36,023 bases of DNA from a virus (Duplodnaviria; Caudoviricetes), in IMG/VR virus record IMGVR_UViG_3300012943_000021, positions 1 through 36,023 of that record, one strand, 5' to 3'. Positions 32,047 to 36,023 of the stretch are shown piece by piece. The notes beneath the pieces are model-generated. The model was not told the DNA's origin. It worked only from the letters and a program-made list of their open reading frames with translations, and searched no databases. Position 1 is the first letter of the stretch, and the number at the start of each line of letters is the position of its first letter. The translations under genes and the position numbers were made by a program.

Positions 32047-33587
32047 GCGTTTCCTACTTCACTGTCGAGCACCGCGTAGACGATGTCGGCCTTGACTGGG
32101 TCGGTAACCGATACCCTGAAGACGCGATCGCGGGCTACCCCAAGACGGGACCAGCGGACGCGCTGCAGGTAGCGACCAATCTTTCCAAGGAACGCCTTGA
32201 TTGGTGGACCCCAGGTCAAGCCGCCATCGTTCGAGCACTCAAGGGTCGCTGATGGGTTTACGGCGTTACTAGGATTTATGCCGTCGTTAACCAGGCCTTT
32301 GCCGACGTCGAAGTCAACCTGAAGCAGCTTGAAGAAGATGTTGTTCATGTTCTCAGAGACATGCGGGGACTGACGGACGCGGCGCAGCATGCGCCCGTTG
32401 TCGGTGAAGGTCGCTGCGTCCAGGGTGAACATGCCAATGCCTGAGGTTGAGCCGTTGCTGCCGCCGAAGATGTGCTGACCATTCAGGTAGCAGACGTGCT
32501 TTGGCAGCCAGCGGCCCTGTGATCCGCTCTCGTAGGTCGACTGGAACTCAAGCCACAGACCTGGCTGCTGGGCGGTCGATGAGACGCCAGCCATGTCATA
32601 GACGAAGGTCGTGTTCAGCTGTGGAACGTTCAGCGCGTAGAAGTAGTGTCCCTCGTACTGGAAGGCCAACGCCGACGCAGATGACAGGTCGCCAGCCTTA
32701 AGGAGCTCATTCTCGATGTAGTTAGTGCTGATGCGCGATGGGACGTAGCCGTCCATTGAGTAAACGATGGCTCCGCCCTGTGGGTTCTGACCCAAGAAGA
32801 GGATGGTGCCGGCGAGCTGAACGACGGTCTGCGCTGAGACGCAGCCAATCTGGAAGTTCTTACCGTCCTGGCGCTGGAATGGGAACACGGCTGATGCGCC
32901 TGAGTTGTACCACCACTCACCTGTCTGCTCACCGAGAACGAGCAGTTCGCGCGCGTTTGAGATCACACTAACGGCGTTGTCTGAGTAGCCCTGCTTGATA
33001 CCATAGTTGTCTGGGCCGAAGGTGATTGGACCACCACCGCCTGGACCCTGTGGGGCAGAGTTCTCAGAGCAGAAGATCACGCTCGTGCCTGGCTGCACGA
33101 ACAGGAAGGTGCCGTCCTGGTAGGTTACCACGAACGAGCCGTAGTAGTTAGGGCTCGTCAGGTTCTGAAGGGTGGTGTCGCCGATTGCGAAGGTGTAGTA
33201 CGTCTCAGTGCCGTCAACGATGATCACGTACCCGGCGTTGTCTGAGATTGCGACAGGGCCGGTGCTGGTGTCAAGCTGGCCCTCAAGCTGGGTCAGCGCG
33301 CCATTCGCACCTGACGTAACGTAGACCAGGTTATCGATGACGACGACGGCCTGGGTGCCGATCGACAGGGTGTACTCGCAGCGCAGGTTCTGACCGACGG
33401 ACTGGTCAACTCCAGGGCATGGAAGCAGGCCTGGGCGCTGCAGGAAGGCTGAGATCTGCCTGTTCTTGGCAGAACCAGTGAGTGAGGCCTGGGTGTAGTA
33501 GTTGATGGTGCGCTGGTTGTCATAGCGTGGGTTGTTGTCCACCCACGAGCCGCCAACGAAACCTTCAAAGGCTTGCTTGTTTTCCAA
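32043..33587 (-). CDS. Tail hub / DNA stabilization protein (P22 gp10-like), 514 aa
   Basis: RTINYY, RPGL, RIST..IE, YEGHYFY, TFVYD, SNDGGLTW and GKIGRY..RV.W.RLG..RDRVFRV.VTDPV motifs; TTG start. Confidence 0.88.
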   Translation of the reverse strand: MENKQAFEGFVGGSWVDNNPRYDNQRTINYYTQASLTGSAKNRQISAFLQRPGLLPCPGVDQSVGQNLRCEYTLSIGTQAVVVIDNLVYVTSGANGALTQLEGQLDTSTGPVAISDNAGYVIIVDGTETYYTFAIGDTTLQNLTSPNYYGSFVVTYQDGTFLFVQPGTSVIFCSENSAPQGPGGGGPITFGPDNYGIKQGYSDNAVSVISNARELLVLGEQTGEWWYNSGASAVFPFQRQDGKNFQIGCVSAQTVVQLAGTILFLGQNPQGGAIVYSMDGYVPSRISTNYIENELLKAGDLSSASALAFQYEGHYFYALNVPQLNTTFVYDMAGVSSTAQQPGLWLEFQSTYESGSQGRWLPKHVCYLNGQHIFGGSNGSTSGIGMFTLDAATFTDNGRMLRRVRQSPHVSENMNNIFFKLLQVDFDVGKGLVNDGINPSNAVNPSATLECSNDGGLTWGPPIKAFLGKIGRYLQRVRWSRLGVARDRVFRVSVTDPVKADIVYAVLDSEVGNA

Positions 33588-33596
33588 AGGTGCCTC

Positions 33597-35417
33597 TTAG
33601 AAGTTGGAGAAGGTGCCGAAGTTTCCCGTGATCCAGTTGAAGAAGCCGGAGTTGCGCGAGAGACCGCCGTCGCCCATCTTGAACTGTGGGGCCTGGTTCT
33701 GCTGCTTGAGCTGATCCTTCGCCTCCTGTGCGATGCGAAGCACCTCAGGCGTGACAGTCTTGCCATACTCAGGGGCGAGCTCAATGGCAAGGTTGTATCT
33801 GAAGGCGCGCTCATACCCAGGTGGGTAGTCAACTGGCAGGTCCAGGTTCTCGTACGACGCGTCAATCAGCGGCATTCTCAGCCACAGGCGAAGCGGTACG
33901 CTGTTCGTTGGCACTGGGAAGACCGTGATGGTCCTGACCGGGTAGTTGCCGTTGTCGTACAGGCCGAATGGGAACGTTGACGGCGTGTTCTTGACGGATG
34001 CAGCAGCGTACTGCTCCATCGTCAGGAGCTTGATCGGGATGTCGACTTCCTGCTGCCCGCTGTTCCAGATGGTGTAGGCAGCCTCAATCTTCATCGGGCG
34101 CTCAATCACCCAGTCAGTCTGTGAAACGACTGAGCATGGCGAGAAGGTGAACGCGGTGTTTGCTGGCGTGAACGAGATCGTGTACTGCTGACCTGGGGTC
34201 CAAGGGGCCTGGCCGTATGGATCCCATTCCCAGTAGGTATCGCAGCCGCCGCCGGTGTAGTCGGCGTCAGCTGAGTTGAACGTGCCAACGCCCTCGAAGG
34301 TGACCGTCGTGAAGATATCCTGCTGGTAGCCGCCGTTGAACGCCAGCACGAGCTCATTGGTCGCCGGGGTCAGGTATGCCTGACGGAGGCTGATTGAGCC
34401 TGGTGAGGAGATGACGCTGCCCCAACCGCCTGGGCCGTCATAACCGAAACTTGCCGTCGGTGAGTTGAAGTGGAAGGTTACCGTCTGGTCACCAGTGAAC
34501 GCTGCACCGATCGCAGGGTCAAGGGTGTCCCAGTAGAAATAGTAGTTGCCGTCGCCGCCGACGCCAGCCTCAACGATGTCGGCAAAGTGCAGCGTCTGCG
34601 TGCCGCCCGAGGTCGTGATGACGACTGCCTCAGGAACGTTTTCCGTCGTGCTTGAGCCATTTAGACCGATCAACAGGTGGTCATCATCGCTTACCGCGAT
34701 GGCCATGATCTGGCGGCCGCCGGACGAGTTGTCAATGTTTCCGCCATCTACGCCGGCGAAGGTGGACCAAAATCCACCGAACAGGGTTGCGACAGCGTTA
34801 GACACGTAGGTAGCAGCGCAGAAGCCGTAGGCGCCGCTCTGCGGACCAAAGTTGTTGGTGATGTTGATGTCCGCATCAGGCGGATCAGAGCTGGCAGCCT
34901 CGATGACGAATGGACCTGGCAGGCTGTCAGACGCGAATGGGATCTGACCGGTGTCGACCGTCAGGAGGTCGCCTACCTGGTAGTTGATGCCTGGTGAGAC
35001 TATCTGGATGTCGACTATGGAGCCAAGGTTGACGGTAACGTTTACGACCAGGCCTGTGCCTGCGCCAGCAGCGCCGACGTATGAGGCGGTAACGTTCGGG
35101 TAGTAGCCATCAGCGTAGCCTGAACCTGGGTTGCCGGCTGAGTTGCAGCAGCTGTCGCCAAGCGGAAGGCAGATGGAGGTAACGGCGCCTGGATTGGTGC
35201 GAGCTGGGCCAAGCGTGTACTGCTTCTGGCCTGCAACGCAACAGAAGATGTATGGGTTGATCGAGTAGATCATCAGCTTCTCGTTCGACCAGCTGTCCGT
35301 CATGGTGTCGAGAGCGTAGAGACCAGCTTCAAAGTCTTCAGGCGTCAGAGGGGAAGCCTGTCCACCTACGTTGATCAGGCGCATGGCGCCCTTGATGAGT
35401 TCGCGAACCGTGTTCAT
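33597..35417 (-). CDS. Head-to-tail adaptor (P22 gp4-like) with a large internal insertion, 606 aa
   Basis: TVRELIKGAMRLI...GLYALDTMTDSW N-terminus and PPGYERAFRYNLAIELAPEYG C-terminus; precedes the gp10-like gene. Confidence 0.8.
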   Translation of the reverse strand: MNTVRELIKGAMRLINVGGQASPLTPEDFEAGLYALDTMTDSWSNEKLMIYSINPYIFCCVAGQKQYTLGPARTNPGAVTSICLPLGDSCCNSAGNPGSGYADGYYPNVTASYVGAAGAGTGLVVNVTVNLGSIVDIQIVSPGINYQVGDLLTVDTGQIPFASDSLPGPFVIEAASSDPPDADINITNNFGPQSGAYGFCAATYVSNAVATLFGGFWSTFAGVDGGNIDNSSGGRQIMAIAVSDDDHLLIGLNGSSTTENVPEAVVITTSGGTQTLHFADIVEAGVGGDGNYYFYWDTLDPAIGAAFTGDQTVTFHFNSPTASFGYDGPGGWGSVISSPGSISLRQAYLTPATNELVLAFNGGYQQDIFTTVTFEGVGTFNSADADYTGGGCDTYWEWDPYGQAPWTPGQQYTISFTPANTAFTFSPCSVVSQTDWVIERPMKIEAAYTIWNSGQQEVDIPIKLLTMEQYAAASVKNTPSTFPFGLYDNGNYPVRTITVFPVPTNSVPLRLWLRMPLIDASYENLDLPVDYPPGYERAFRYNLAIELAPEYGKTVTPEVLRIAQEAKDQLKQQNQAPQFKMGDGGLSRNSGFFNWITGNFGTFSNF

Positions 35418-35431
35418 TTGGTCTCCAAATC

Positions 35432-35467
35432 AAAAAGGCCCCGCCCGTTTGTGCGGGAAGGGCCTTT
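35432..35467 (-). terminator. Intrinsic terminator after the capsid genes
   Basis: AAAGGCCC..CCCG-loop-CGGG..GGGCCTTTTT on the - strand. Confidence 0.8.
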
Positions 35468-35486
35468 AGTTAGCTCACTGAAGAGC

Positions 35487-35768
35487 TTATGACGAAGCGA
35501 TCAGGCCAAGCTGCTTGAGAGCCTTGACGATGTCGCCGACCGTGTATGCCTTGGTGCCAACGTCACCAGTGAAGGTGCTGTCAGACTTTGAGGCGGTTCC
35601 TGAACCGGCGGTGAAGCCAGTCGTGGTTCCGGTCGTGCTGTACTGCGCGATACCGGCCTCGCCATAGAACCCGACTGGGTTCGCTGGGTCGTTGCCGACG
35701 ATCGCTCCAAAGGCGCCGCCAGATACGACATCCGGGTTAGCGCTGTACTCAGTGTTTGGTGCTGCCAT
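35487..35768 (-). CDS. Putative capsid decoration/cement protein, 93 aa
   Basis: In the capsid transcript before the terminator; VGFYG and IVKALKQLGLI motifs; N-terminus paralogous to the junction-spanning gene. Confidence 0.68.
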   Translation of the reverse strand: MAAPNTEYSANPDVVSGGAFGAIVGNDPANPVGFYGEAGIAQYSTTGTTTGFTAGSGTASKSDSTFTGDVGTKAYTVGDIVKALKQLGLIASS

Positions 35769-35787
35769 GTGAAATTACTCCAAGAAG

Positions 35788-36023
35788 TTAGTCGGTTACT
35801 GGTGCGCCGGTCAGAACATCGATCCAGTTCGTGCCGTCTGCGAAGCAGAGCGCTGGGTCTGGAGCTGCATCGCTGCAGAACAGAACACCGCCAGCAGTTG
35901 CTGCTGGTAGGCTTGCAAAGGCTACAACTGGCACAGAAGCGGCAATGGATGCCGTTCCGGTCAGATCGCCCGTAACATCGCCTGTCACGTTGCCGGTGAG
36001 GTCTCCGGTCACGTTACCAGTGA
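35788..36023 (-). CDS. 3' part of the junction-spanning head decoration/fibre-like protein
   Basis: GDLT/GNVT repeats, then VAFASLPAATAGGVLFCSD...FADGTNW tip motif. Confidence 0.8.
   Translation of the reverse strand, partial: TGNVTGDLTGNVTGDVTGDLTGTASIAASVPVVAFASLPAATAGGVLFCSDAAPDPALCFADGTNWIDVLTGAPVTD
35901..36023. repeat. Terminal direct repeat, copy 2
   Basis: Identical to 1-123. Confidence 0.97.

Larger units (their letters stand above)
1..36023. mobile_element. Complete circularly assembled P22-like (podovirus) bacteriophage genome, about 35,900 bp unique
   Basis: Terminase-portal-scaffold-coat-adaptor-hub-ejection-fibre-lysis gene order; no host housekeeping genes; exact 123-bp end overlap with an ORF continuous across it. 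Confidence 0.95.

Noticed and set aside
34116-35204. Intein in the adaptor gene
   Set aside because: No Cys/Ser start with His-Asn end at the boundaries and no LAGLIDADG motifs; the composition is that of structural beta domains
35901-36023. 123-bp terminal repeat as a biological direct terminal repeat
   Set aside because: It falls mid-gene with the reading frame continuous across it, and the terminase is P22-like (headful type); most likely an assembler overlap

Overview
The window is a complete, circularly assembled dsDNA phage genome of about 35.9 kb: bases 1-123 are repeated exactly at 35901-36023, and one ORF runs in frame across the join. The virion module is P22-like (podovirus) and lies on the - strand: small and large terminase, portal, scaffold, coat, two decoration-like paralogues, gp4-like adaptor, gp10-like hub, GNAT, three ejection proteins, six fibre/spike-like genes, then holins, Rz/Rz1 and a T4-type lysozyme. 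The spanins indicate a Gram-negative host. Between terminase and the divergent control region is an accessory block with two HNH proteins, two GT-A glycosyltransferases, an orphan QueC-like enzyme, a SAM methyltransferase, GroES, endonuclease VII and a three-tRNA array. A short + strand operon carries two odd class II tRNAs and a HicA-like protein. Four things stand out. (1) Each - strand tRNA is followed by a structured non-coding segment; one is a perfect 23-nt antisense match to the phage's own endonuclease VII mRNA, and the other two can pair with each other. (2) I recognise no replication, integration, repressor or sigma-factor gene, yet a T4-late-like TAAATA motif recurs ahead of the - strand genes. 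(3) Two long-variable-arm tRNAs have UAU and CAA anticodons and U73. (4) The set of modification enzymes does not match a DNA-modification pathway I know. All protein calls come from motif recognition and synteny by eye; no database searches were run.
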